Shown here piece after piece: positions 10,401 through 19,139 of a DNA stretch of 40,385 nucleotides (positions are counted from its first letter, which is position 1; each line of letters opens with the position of its first letter). The notes under the pieces are model-generated. The model saw only the letters and a program-made list of their open reading frames with translations, was not told where the DNA came from and did no database searches. Made by a program: the position numbers and the translations under genes. Origin of the DNA: Thainema sp. (GTDB taxonomy: Bacteria; Cyanobacteriota; Cyanobacteriia; Phormidesmidales; Phormidesmidaceae); contig JBQLZK010000033.1 in NCBI GenBank assembly GCA_052168235.1, positions 36,173 through 76,557 on the forward strand, written 5' to 3'.

Positions 10401-11497
10401 AAATTCTCTTTTATCCAATCCCCATCAAACACCCGTTCATAAATTGCATTCCGCACCCGCAGCATTTTGCCGCTTTCCCTCTTCACCACACCCGACAGCT
10501 TCAAGTGCGACTTAATCAGCGACTGTTCCTGATCCGCAACCGCTTGCCGTCCTCGCCAAATATTCTTGTACGTCGTCAACACCGCATATACATCCGGCGC
10601 CCGCTGAGTCAACATATCCCGCACAAACTGCAAGTTGTTGTCTTGCTCACTCATCCCGCCAAAAAACGTGGCTGCGACAAGGCGTTCTACGTCATTCTGA
10701 CTGATCGAGTTTTGGATTTTGGATTTTGGATTTTGGATTTCTTCTCCCACCACCTGACACAACCGCTGCGTCAAATAGGGATGTCCTCCAGTCCAGTCCA
10801 GTACCCAGTCCAGCACCTGCTGCGCTTTCAGCTCTGCTACACCCAGTCCTGCTGCTAGGGGCATTGCTTCGGCCAGCGTGAAATCTGTCAAATCTACCCT
10901 TTCACCCACATTAAACGGCGTCCGATGCGGGTCGCGGATCAGCTCAGTCGGTGTCGCCACACCAATTAGCACAAACGATAAGCGCTCAAATTCCGGATTC
11001 TGCGCCCGTGCCGTATAGAAATAGCGCAGCGCAATAAAAAAGTCGTCCGTAAAATCCAGACTCAGCGTCGTATCAATTTCATCGATAAACACCACAATCG
11101 GCATATCAATTTCTTGCAGCACCACATCCCGAAAAAACTGCGTCATCCGCTGCGCCAAACCTAGATGAGAGAGCTCCTCCCACCAAGCTAGTAGATCGGT
11201 ATCCAAATCAAGCTGATCTTCAACTTCCGTCAGCAGTCCCAAATACCACTCTTCCGGCGATACCTGCGCCCCGATCGGCTGTAGGTCAACAATTACCGTA
11301 CACACCCCTTCCTGCTGGAGCTGGTCCGCCGTCCGCACCATCAGGCTTGACTTGCCCATCTGGCGCGGGGTCAGCACATAGGCAAACGTGCGGCTGCGGC
11401 AGAGTGCCAAAAGCTGCTCATCCGCCCGCCGGGGAATATAAATTCCACCCCCTGCCTGTACGGTGCCACCAACGGTATAGATACTCTGGTTTGCCAT
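7472..11497 (-). CDS. AAA_35 (STAND-like) ATPase - TM helix - coiled coil - 16 WD40 repeats
   Basis: Walker A TPRQMGKSSL, Walker B VFIDEID, TPFNVG, WTGGHPYLTQ; hydrophobic TLAAGLLLLGITSGLTVWAL; EAQ-rich coil; 16 repeats of about 41 aa (HD..V..VVFSPDGQRVATAS.D.TARIWD). Confidence 0.93.
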   Translation of the reverse strand: MANQSIYTVGGTVQAGGGIYIPRRADEQLLALCRSRTFAYVLTPRQMGKSSLMVRTADQLQQEGVCTVIVDLQPIGAQVSPEEWYLGLLTEVEDQLDLDTDLLAWWEELSHLGLAQRMTQFFRDVVLQEIDMPIVVFIDEIDTTLSLDFTDDFFIALRYFYTARAQNPEFERLSFVLIGVATPTELIRDPHRTPFNVGERVDLTDFTLAEAMPLAAGLGVAELKAQQVLDWVLDWTGGHPYLTQRLCQVVGEEIQNPKSKIQNSISQNDVERLVAATFFGGMSEQDNNLQFVRDMLTQRAPDVYAVLTTYKNIWRGRQAVADQEQSLIKSHLKLSGVVKRESGKMLRVRNAIYERVFDGDWIKENLPVNWRKRIRRLQGTLAAGLLLLGITSGLTVWALTERGRATAALQDVEDALQEAKEQQDIAESEAQRAEEEAENARQQQQIAEEQRTIADQRLDEAEEAKQQAAEQQQAAETAKEEAVLAQRAEAEQRQQAEAAQQRAEAGETAAREQTEISRAQTQVAEAATEEAEKQQQISLARQLAAQAKSLQQLSASLLSTSILLAIESNKRLLETGATVAKGDADEALRGYPIMAPQKARFNHDDVVNQVVFSLDGQRVATASDDNTARIWDIKSGTELVRLPHDDSVNEVVFSPDGQRVVTASSDDTVRIWDVKSGTELVQLPHDDVVYEVVFSPDGQRVATASRDYTARIWDAESGAEIVRLSHTSGVDAVVFSPDGQRVATASRDYTARIWNAESGAEMAQLLHDGDVDTVVFSPDGQRVATASWDDTARIWDVASETELVQLLHDDIVYEVVFSPDGQQVATTSRSNIARIWNAESGAEMAQLSHDAVAYEIVFSPDGQRVATASNDDTARVWDAESGAEMAQLLHDGDVGAVIFSPDSQQVATASDDDTARVWDVESGAEIARLSHDYNVTAVVFSFDGQRVVTTSRDNITRIWDVEGGAEIARLSHDANVNEVVLSPDGQRVATANWDNIVRIWDIKSGTELVRPPHDSNVDVVIFSPNGQQVATVSDDNTTRVWDAESGAKITQLPHDASINAIIFSPDGQRVATASRDDITRIWNVESGAEMARLLYSANVNEIVFNPDGQQLATASWDDTTARIWDAKSGTEIARLPHDDNVNEVMFSPDGQRVATASWNDTTARIWDFKSGTEIAQLLHDANVNEVLFSPDGQRVATASWNDIVAARLWDAESGAEIARLPYDFKVTAVVFSPDGQRVATASSDGTVQIRYVHTEDLIAQACQRLTRNLTIREWQRYLGDEPYRKTCSNLPYPDDYEDYQEQQQTNNSINNFFHWASNTFLTSTIPIHFRNEAQSIPQDHN

Positions 11498-11507
11498 ATG
11501 CCCTAGC

Positions 11508-13718
11508 TCATCCGTTTAAATGCTGTTGGAAATACTGCTCATACAGCTGACAGCGAGGCACCACTACCGATCCATCACCGCTACGCCTCACCAGCCCCGC
11601 CCCGCGCAGCTTAAAGAAAATCCGCTCATCTGCACAGGTATGGGTTCGCACCACCTGCAAAAAGCCCTGCACCAGTTCCGGTTTGTCATACATGCGAAAC
11701 AGATGATAGCGCAGGTGATCACCGAAGGGGCCGCGTTCTTTCACCGCTTGGGCAAACAGCTCACTGGCGCTCATTGCTCCCGTCACCACCAAATACAATG
11801 CCTTTCGTACTAAATAGGGATGCCCATTCACCAGTTCCATCAGTCGTTGCAGTTCCGCCACCAATAAGGGGTTGCCGTGGCGCTCATTCAAATCAGCCAC
11901 CTGCACAAACTCAAAATCCGTCAGCTCAATAATTTGCCCCACATTAAACGGCGACTGGTTCAAGTTATCGATTAGCTGATAGGGTTCCGTCGAAGTCACC
12001 AACGCCAAATCAAGCTGTTTCCAAATTTGTTTGATGGCACGGTTGTTATGCCAATTACGCAACATACTAAAAAAGTCCGACCGAAAAGCCGTGTCAAACA
12101 TCGTTTCCACTTCATCCATCGCCAACACCACGGGCTGATCCAGTGTCGGCAGCAGGTATTTACCCACGTAGCGGGTACAGCGCTGAGTATTGCTCAGTCG
12201 CCGCTTCCAATACTCATCCACCTGATCGTCCAAATCCAGCTCATCCGTCAGCCAAGCGCAAAACTCTGGGAAAAAGGTATCTGCATCAGATAGCGATGTC
12301 TTGTCAAACAGTTGGAAATCCAAAAACGCTACCTGCTTGCCCTGCTCCTGCGCCGCCCACATCACCCGACTCAGCAACGAACTTTTACCCATCTGCCGAG
12401 GCCCTTTAATCGTCAGCGTCACCCCTTGCTGCTGAATCGTGCTGATCGCCACTTGATCAAACGATCGCGCCACATAAAACCGCGAATCGGGAGCCATCGT
12501 CCCTTCTGGCAGTTCAAAATTCAATGCTGCTTTCTTACCTGCCTTAGGAATTTGCGCCGACGGCGACGGTCGCGGAATCGCGCTAGCAGTTGATGACTGA
12601 ACAGTCAAGATCTCCGCCTTGCGCTGCAGTGTAGTAATCGACAGCGTTTCTCCCGCCAATGCCCGCTGCAATTCGTCAATCAGGGCAGACGTATCGGCTG
12701 GACTTTCCCAAAACGCCCAGTTAATCGGATCGAGATAAGCACTGAGCGGATACTGAAATGGTTCTCGATACGCTAATCGCACGGGCAAAATCGCCGGACG
12801 GCCGTCCCGACTGCGAGCCAACTCGTGGGCCAGCAAAACTTCCACCTGCACCATTTCACTGCTGACGGCCTGTTCTGACAACAGCACAATCAGCGCATCC
12901 GACTGCTGAATTTCCTGCCTGATATGCTCAACCCAGCGCGTACCCACCAACATCCGCTGGTCAATAAACACCGAATGGGTTTGCCGCAGTGCCTCATAAA
13001 GCTGGAGCGCCACCTCTTCATCAGGCGACACATCTCGCTTGTAGCTAATAAATACCCTCGCTGCTTTGGACGGGGCTGGTGACTCAGACGTTAATGGTTC
13101 AGGAGATATTGATGGTGGTGCAAGCTGAGCCTGCCGAGTCTTCAAAATTGGAATTGACGATCCGGGTAAACTCTCCAAACTCACCCGATTTCGGCCCAGC
13201 TTGTATGCCTGCTCAATCGCAAAGCCAGCACCCAGCGCATCATAAAACCCTGTCGCAAACTGAATGGCCGTGTCATCATTCACCGCCTGATTCATCCCCA
13301 CCACATAGTCGATATGTTGGCAGATTGCCTCAGCCTGCACCTCGGAATAGCAGGCGTTGAGGACAACACATTCCACTGAATCACTGAACAGTTCAAACAG
13401 CTCTGACAGTGCTGCTGTAGAAACTAGCTTGGGGTTGCCATCGTTATCTTCTAGGGCCAGTCCCTGCTCACCATCACCATGTCCCGAAAAGTGAACAAAC
13501 GCAGGCCGCAGTTCCATCAAGGCTCGCTGCAAATCAGCCGGACGAGTTGCCCAGCGAGTAGTGATTTCAAAGTTGTCCCGCTGTTGCGATCGCTTTAGCC
13601 CTTCGGCAATTTCCCGTGCCTCTTCATCTAACCGCAACTTCTCGGTTTCGCGGGGATTTGCTGTAAGGATTAAGATCTTCTTTTTCACAGCACACGAACA
13701 TTGAACAAAGACTTCCAC
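11508..13718 (-). CDS. CHAT - TIR - AAA_35 ATPase fusion protein
   Basis: CHAT VHFSGHG / VVLNACYS; TIR RVFISYKR...SEMVQVEV (putative catalytic Glu); ATPase GPRQMGKSSL, LAMDEVE, QSPFNVG, GHPYLVR. Start may be GTG 13688. Confidence 0.92.
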   Translation of the reverse strand: MEVFVQCSCAVKKKILILTANPRETEKLRLDEEAREIAEGLKRSQQRDNFEITTRWATRPADLQRALMELRPAFVHFSGHGDGEQGLALEDNDGNPKLVSTAALSELFELFSDSVECVVLNACYSEVQAEAICQHIDYVVGMNQAVNDDTAIQFATGFYDALGAGFAIEQAYKLGRNRVSLESLPGSSIPILKTRQAQLAPPSISPEPLTSESPAPSKAARVFISYKRDVSPDEEVALQLYEALRQTHSVFIDQRMLVGTRWVEHIRQEIQQSDALIVLLSEQAVSSEMVQVEVLLAHELARSRDGRPAILPVRLAYREPFQYPLSAYLDPINWAFWESPADTSALIDELQRALAGETLSITTLQRKAEILTVQSSTASAIPRPSPSAQIPKAGKKAALNFELPEGTMAPDSRFYVARSFDQVAISTIQQQGVTLTIKGPRQMGKSSLLSRVMWAAQEQGKQVAFLDFQLFDKTSLSDADTFFPEFCAWLTDELDLDDQVDEYWKRRLSNTQRCTRYVGKYLLPTLDQPVVLAMDEVETMFDTAFRSDFFSMLRNWHNNRAIKQIWKQLDLALVTSTEPYQLIDNLNQSPFNVGQIIELTDFEFVQVADLNERHGNPLLVAELQRLMELVNGHPYLVRKALYLVVTGAMSASELFAQAVKERGPFGDHLRYHLFRMYDKPELVQGFLQVVRTHTCADERIFFKLRGAGLVRRSGDGSVVVPRCQLYEQYFQQHLNG

Positions 13719-13835
13719 CCACTAGTTTATTGCTGAATTCAGAGGAAATAATGACTGCTGCCATAACTTGCAAGCCTTTGACATTTTCCTTCATGTGTTT
13801 GTTTGGCTAACCCAGAAAGGAAAGTGCGATCATAA

Positions 13836-14354
13836 TCATGTTAAATCATTAATGAAAGGATTTAGCTCGGCCATGATGGCCGCATCGTCTCCCAGGAACT
13901 GGCGGAGTGGTTCATCTATAGGTTTGGGATTCGGTTCTGAAAGCTGTTCATGCGGTTTAGAGACACTGACCTGAGCCAAATTTCTCTGCGCAGGGCGGCT
14001 CACTGGATGCAGTTGGCGCTTCATATCAGGTTGATGACTTGCGTGCCATCCTACCCCTATCTGCTTCTCTCCAACACTCTCATTCATTAGTAAATCTGGC
14101 AGAAACTGCTCTTTGATTTCGAGAATCTGGAGGGTTAACTGTCGGATGGAGCGTATCGCCTGCCGTCGCACCTCGTGTTCGCAGGCATCACCATTTGCGA
14201 TCGCAAATGGCCCATAGAACCCATTCAGGGCTAATCGCGTGCGAGCATGAAGGTCGTAGCGAGATCGTCCGCGACAGTAGCCAATCACAGCGATGTCCAG
14301 CTCATCTCGACTGGAGTACTGCAAGCGGGCTTTTGTGTCTGGCTGTTGAGTCAT
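13836..14354 (-). CDS. Hypothetical protein downstream of parM-like gene; candidate ParR-type adaptor
   Basis: ORF track gives 13836..14453. ATG 14354 (MTQQPDTKARL) avoids overlap with the parM-like gene. The role is inferred from position only. Confidence 0.55.
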   Translation of the reverse strand: MTQQPDTKARLQYSSRDELDIAVIGYCRGRSRYDLHARTRLALNGFYGPFAIANGDACEHEVRRQAIRSIRQLTLQILEIKEQFLPDLLMNESVGEKQIGVGWHASHQPDMKRQLHPVSRPAQRNLAQVSVSKPHEQLSEPNPKPIDEPLRQFLGDDAAIMAELNPFINDLT

Positions 14355-14386
14355 GTGTCCAAATTTGATTGCGGGTGAGTTGTGCG

Positions 14387-15514
14387 TCAGTGGGATTGAG
14401 CTGGCGTTGCACTGTACATGAAAGGTTTGAACAACCCATAAACATCGGCCCACCGCACACTCGTGAGCAAATCGGGTTCAGCTGCTCCATTCTGGCCGCG
14501 TAGCACATCGGTCATCTCCTGCCGCAACGTTTCTGCCCAGGTGATGTATGGTGTTAAGCCTCGTTGAGCAAAGAACTGCTCCAGTTCGGGACGAATCGTG
14601 TAAGCGGCACCGCCACCGACAATCACATCCATCTCAGCCGAGGGTAGCCACTCCACCAAGAACTGATGCACTTGCTCTAGGTAAAACTCACGGGCATAGG
14701 TACAAGCTTTGACCAGGTTGAGCGCTTCCTGGCGGCCTGGTATGTGGAAGGTCTCATGGTTTTGGAGAACCGCTTCCAACAAGGCTGGATCATCGGGTGC
14801 AACACCCGGCAGTTCCGTTGCACACTGCTTCAGGTACTCGACAAACCCTGGCCCTTGCGAGGTGCTGTTGGTTTCCTGCGGTGTACTGCCCTTCTCAAAT
14901 GTGAGGATGGAGAGATTGCGATGGCCAAACATCAGAACAACCACCGTGCGATCGCGAATCGGCACACCATCCCGAGCCAGCTGCAAACCCTTAGCCAGAT
15001 AAAGGCCCGCGCCCTCTGGCTGCATCTCAATGCGCTCCAGTTGCCCAAACAGGGAACGTCCTCGAACGTTAAAGTCTGCGATCGCCGTTTGAATCTGGGC
15101 TTTGAGCTCCTTGCGGTCTTGCCAATACTCTTCCAGCGGCAGCAGCAGGCCCAACTGAGCGGTGAACTCACAGCCTGAGCCGCCAGAATCCGGCAGCGTC
15201 TTTTCTGCAATCACGCCTAACGTCGCCAAGATTTTGTAGACGGCCCGGTCTCGTTTCGGTAGAGCTAAACCGGAGTCTCCTTTTTGGGCAATTGCCAGTG
15301 CACCGACGGCATAGGCACTGTTGCCGAGCAGAATATAGGCACTGTCTTCAGGGTCTTGGCTGGTTAGTCCACCCAGCATGAGTCGGTCAAGCCGAGCCGG
15401 ATTCAAGCGGGCTACCTGGGGTTCAAGGTGCAGCAGATATGGCTGACCGCACCAGTACAGGCATTTGGTGGCGGAGCTGCCCAGGTCAATGTAGGTCTGA
15501 ATCGTTGCGGTCAT
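14387..15514 (-). CDS. parM: ParM/StbA-family actin-like plasmid segregation ATPase
   Basis: Actin-fold motifs YIDLGSSATK, QPEGAG, VVVLMFGHRN, IVGGGAA. Confidence 0.85.
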   Translation of the reverse strand: MTATIQTYIDLGSSATKCLYWCGQPYLLHLEPQVARLNPARLDRLMLGGLTSQDPEDSAYILLGNSAYAVGALAIAQKGDSGLALPKRDRAVYKILATLGVIAEKTLPDSGGSGCEFTAQLGLLLPLEEYWQDRKELKAQIQTAIADFNVRGRSLFGQLERIEMQPEGAGLYLAKGLQLARDGVPIRDRTVVVLMFGHRNLSILTFEKGSTPQETNSTSQGPGFVEYLKQCATELPGVAPDDPALLEAVLQNHETFHIPGRQEALNLVKACTYAREFYLEQVHQFLVEWLPSAEMDVIVGGGAAYTIRPELEQFFAQRGLTPYITWAETLRQEMTDVLRGQNGAAEPDLLTSVRWADVYGLFKPFMYSATPAQSH

Positions 15515-15615
15515 AAATCAGTACCCAAACAATGAGGTGATCAATAACTGGGAGCGATAGAAACAGTTTTGATATCGCTGATGAACACTTTTATTGTGAC
15601 CAAGTCGTTTAGAAA

Positions 15616-15756
15616 TACGGCTTAATAACGACGAACTGTAATGCTTAGCAATCTTCATCAAGTTGATGATTTGAATTTATAGTTTGTTTAGCCATTAATC
15701 CAGTTTGTTTACGACTTGATAACGACGACTTGCAATACTTGGTAATCTTCATCAAG
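15616..15756. repeat. Two 47-bp imperfect direct repeats upstream of parM; candidate parC/operator
   Basis: 15616-15662 vs 15710-15756, 39/47 identical, in an AT-rich intergenic region. Confidence 0.5.
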
Positions 15757-15987
15757 ATATTGATCTAGTTCCTGAGTTTAATTTTCCAGTTTAGAATTGG
15801 TCAATCAAGTTTGTGATTTTTAAGAACAAATTTGACGGTTTTAAATCCGATTAGAAGCAAACCTTTTTACAAGAGTTAGAACTGAGATATAAACTGACCG
15901 TTCTCAACCTAAAAATACTGGAAGAGAACGATAGGCTACGTCGGATGAGGGGCTCCGCAACTCCACGTTGTTCCGTCGCTCCGCATT

Positions 15988-16012
15988 CCACACACCACGC
16001 CCAGCTCTGGGC
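15988..16012 (-). promoter_or_regulatory. oriT: oriT core with F/R100-like nic site (predicted nick between 15990 and 15989 on minus strand)
   Basis: Minus strand GCCCAG-AG-CTGGGC inverted repeat directly followed by GTGGTGTGT^GG. Same layout as F oriT (IR ending in GC, then GTGGGGTGT^GG). Lies just upstream of the RHH and MOBF genes. Confidence 0.7.
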
Positions 16013-16098
16013 AAGAGGTTTTCGAAAAGCTTGATGTATCAAGGGTTACAGCAGTTGATCTGTGTTGCCGGTCGTTGCCAGGATTGGAGGAAACGCTG

Positions 16099-16416
16099 AT
16101 GGGGAAAGGGTTTAACGTGTCGTTGCCACTAGACGAGGCAACAGTCGTTGAGAAGGAGGCTAATCGGCTGGGTTTACCAGCGGCTAGCATTATTCGCTTG
16201 ATGATGCGTGAGGGGCAGCAGCGCCGTGAACTGGAACAGCAAATCGACGATGTAAAGGCTCGGATAGAGAGATTGCAGGTGCAGTTTCAGGGCATTCAAA
16301 TTCTGCTAGAAACGATTGCGCTAGAGCAGGCCAATGCCAGAGGTCCACAAGTGCTGGAAAACCGTAAAGCGCTGATTCAGGAGATTCGCAAGCGTCAAGA
16401 GCGGGTCGGGGGCTAG
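16099..16416 (+). CDS. Ribbon-helix-helix relaxosome accessory protein (TrwA/MobC-like) with coiled coil
   Basis: GGAGG at 16086-16090 before ATG 16099; FNVSLPLDEATVVEKEANRLGLPAASIIRLMMREG fits an RHH pattern; directly upstream of the relaxase. Confidence 0.7.
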   Translation: MGKGFNVSLPLDEATVVEKEANRLGLPAASIIRLMMREGQQRRELEQQIDDVKARIERLQVQFQGIQILLETIALEQANARGPQVLENRKALIQEIRKRQERVGG

Positions 16417-16426
16417 GAGGTCAGCC

Positions 16427-19099
16427 ATGCTCAGCTTGACGGTGATTAGCACAAACCAAGGCGAGACCTACTACACGGCTGAGAACTACTACTCCAGCGA
16501 GGAGCACCAGGTGCACTCGGCTTGGTTCGGCAAAGGAGCCTGTCAGTTTGGGCTGACAGGGCCAGTGCAAGGCAACGACTTTAAGCAGTTGCTCCACGGT
16601 TATAGTCCTCAGGGTCACCAGACATTGTCGGGTCGAACCATCAGTCCTAACCGACATCGAGCTGGACTTGACCTCACCTTTAGTGCGCCGAAGAGCATCA
16701 GCTTAGCGGCTTTAGTCGGCGGACAGGAGCAATTAGAGCAGGCGCACCGCACTGCCGTTGATCGCACGCTCGCTGTGATTGAAGAGCGCTATGCTCAGAC
16801 GCGGGTACGCACACTAGAAGGCCGACATGCGATCGCAACTGGCAGTCTGATCGTGGCTCAGTTTCACCATGATACGTCGCGAGAGAAAGATCCGCAGTTA
16901 CATACGCACTGCGTTGTCATCAATGCCACTCAGCTAGAGAACGGTCGCTGGCAGTCGTTGCACAATGATGTGCTGTTCAAGCAGCAGAAACTACTGGGGA
17001 TGATTTACCAAAATGAGTTGGCGGTAGAAGTGCAACGCCTGGGCTATGCCATTGAGCGCAGAGACAATGGGCAGTTTGAGCTACAGGGGTATGCTCTGGA
17101 CGCTCTACAAACGTTTTCTAAACGGCGGGAGCAGATTCTGGCTGCGGTCGGAGATGCGGCAACCTCTCAGGAGAGGGAATTGGCAACGCTCATGACACGG
17201 GCACCGAAGGGACAGGAAATCCCACGGGAGGAACTGCGAGCCTATTGGCAAGAGCAAGCTCGCGTTCTGCAGCTCAATCATCCTCAGCCTCAATCGCCAA
17301 TCTGGCAAAGTCAGCCACAACGGGCTGTTCAGGCCGGTGTCAACCATTGTGCTGAGCGGGAAGCCGTCTTCCATCGGGAACAAGTGGAGCAGTTTGTCTT
17401 GGAGAATCATCTGGGCCAGCAGTTTTTTGATGATGTGCAGCAGTTTTTTGATGCTGATCCGGAGGTGATTCGGACAGCTGATCAGCGGTTGACAACTCAA
17501 GCCGCTGTTTTGCGAGAGTTAGACACGATCCGCCTCATGTTGGATGGGCGGGGGCAGGTAAGCGCGATCGCAGATTCCGCATTCGTTCAGGCATACCTAG
17601 AGAATCAAGATTTGACAGCGGGACAATATGAGGGGATTCGATTAGCCGCGACAACCTGCGATCGCACAATCGCCTGGCAAGGTGTCGCTGGGGCAGGCAA
17701 GAGCTATGCGCTCAATCGGTTTCGGCAGATGGCTGAGGCTCAAGGGTATACCGTGCGGGGATTGGCTCCCAGTGCGGAGGCAGCAAAAGCATTAAGTGAT
17801 TCGGCTCAGCTTCAGCAGACGGAGACGGTAGCTGCATGGCTGTGTCAGCAATCTAAATCGCTATCACCTCGTCAGCCTGAAGTCTGGGTGGTGGATGAAG
17901 CGGGGCTATTGAGTGCTAAGGATGCGCTGGCGCTACTGACGAAGGCTCAGGAGCAGCAGGCTCGCGTGATGTTAGTGGGCGATACTCGCCAGTTGTCGGC
18001 GGTGGAAGCTGGGAATCCGTTCAAGAGTTTGCAGCAGGCGGGAATGGCAACGGCCTATTTATCCCAGTCTCTGCGACAGACCCATCAGCAGATCAAGGCA
18101 GGTGTTGAGCTGATTGCAGACGGCAAAATTGCAGAGGGAATGGGTCAACTGCAGCCGTATATTCAGCGGGTCAGCAGTGAGGCCGAACGAGCAACTGCGA
18201 TCGCACAGGACTATCTGGCTCTCACGCCAGATGAACGGCAGCAGACCTTACTACTCGCTGGGACGAATCGAGAGCGGTTGGCGATTACTCAGCTGATTCG
18301 AGAGGGATTGAAGACAGCTGGGCAGCTGGGTCAAGGGGTGACCGTTCAGCGGCTCAAGGCTAGAGATTTGACGGAAGTACAGGCGGGGTATGCCCATCAG
18401 TTTCAACGGGGGAACGTGCTGATTCCTCACGTCAGCTACCAGCGGTCAGGGCTGGAGCGAGGACAACGCTATGAGGTCATTGCGGTTGATCCGCAGCAGA
18501 ATATGCTGATGCTTTGTGCTGACAGCGGATCAGCGATACAGATTGACCCGGCTCAGATCAGGAAAAAATCAGCGTATGTTGTGGAAGCGATTCAACTGGC
18601 AGTAGGCGATCGGCTGAAGTGGACGAAGAATGAAGCGGCAGTGGGCCGACGCAATGGGCAGGAGTTTGAGGTGTGTGGCATTGACGATGGGCAAATTTTG
18701 ATCCGCTATGGCAACGGCAAAACGGACAGCTTGAACAGCTTGGAGCTGGCGCATCTTGATTACGCATGGGTCAGTACGACCTATGGGGCGCAGGGCAAGT
18801 CGGCGGATCGGGTGATTGGAGCGTTGGATCGGTACGTGGGGCGGGAGAGTTTTTATGTGACGGTGAGTCGGGTGAAGCAGGATTTGAAGCTGTATGCGTC
18901 GGAGGATTTGAGTCAGCTGATTGAGCGGGCTGAGCAGTCTCGGGCAAAGGAAAATCCGGCTGAGGTGATACGGCTCAACTCACTGCAAGAGCGAGATCCT
19001 AGACGGGTTAAAGGGTTGGAGCAATCGCCGAGAGTCGAGGTGTGGGAACGCGCAACTCGCCAGAGAGCAGAGCGTGTGAAGGCTGAGCGAGAGCGGTAG
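16427..19099 (+). CDS. mobF: MOBF (TrwC/TraI-like) relaxase-helicase
   Basis: YYTAENYY tyrosines, DLTFSAPKSISL, HDTSREKDPQLHTH (HUH); helicase QGVAGAGKS, VVDEAGLL, GDTRQLSAV, TTYGAQGKS; AGGAGG RBS. Confidence 0.95.
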   Translation: MLSLTVISTNQGETYYTAENYYSSEEHQVHSAWFGKGACQFGLTGPVQGNDFKQLLHGYSPQGHQTLSGRTISPNRHRAGLDLTFSAPKSISLAALVGGQEQLEQAHRTAVDRTLAVIEERYAQTRVRTLEGRHAIATGSLIVAQFHHDTSREKDPQLHTHCVVINATQLENGRWQSLHNDVLFKQQKLLGMIYQNELAVEVQRLGYAIERRDNGQFELQGYALDALQTFSKRREQILAAVGDAATSQERELATLMTRAPKGQEIPREELRAYWQEQARVLQLNHPQPQSPIWQSQPQRAVQAGVNHCAEREAVFHREQVEQFVLENHLGQQFFDDVQQFFDADPEVIRTADQRLTTQAAVLRELDTIRLMLDGRGQVSAIADSAFVQAYLENQDLTAGQYEGIRLAATTCDRTIAWQGVAGAGKSYALNRFRQMAEAQGYTVRGLAPSAEAAKALSDSAQLQQTETVAAWLCQQSKSLSPRQPEVWVVDEAGLLSAKDALALLTKAQEQQARVMLVGDTRQLSAVEAGNPFKSLQQAGMATAYLSQSLRQTHQQIKAGVELIADGKIAEGMGQLQPYIQRVSSEAERATAIAQDYLALTPDERQQTLLLAGTNRERLAITQLIREGLKTAGQLGQGVTVQRLKARDLTEVQAGYAHQFQRGNVLIPHVSYQRSGLERGQRYEVIAVDPQQNMLMLCADSGSAIQIDPAQIRKKSAYVVEAIQLAVGDRLKWTKNEAAVGRRNGQEFEVCGIDDGQILIRYGNGKTDSLNSLELAHLDYAWVSTTYGAQGKSADRVIGALDRYVGRESFYVTVSRVKQDLKLYASEDLSQLIERAEQSRAKENPAEVIRLNSLQERDPRRVKGLEQSPRVEVWERATRQRAERVKAERER

Positions 19100-19139
19100 T
19101 GAACAATCGTGTTGATCACGGCGTACAGTTTAGGTGCGT

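Noticed and set aside
7534..12593. Alternative-frame and antisense ORFs over the WD40 and AAA_35 genes (likewise over the TPR gene and cas6)
   Set aside because: By-products of repetitive or GC-rich coding sequence; no recognisable motifs.
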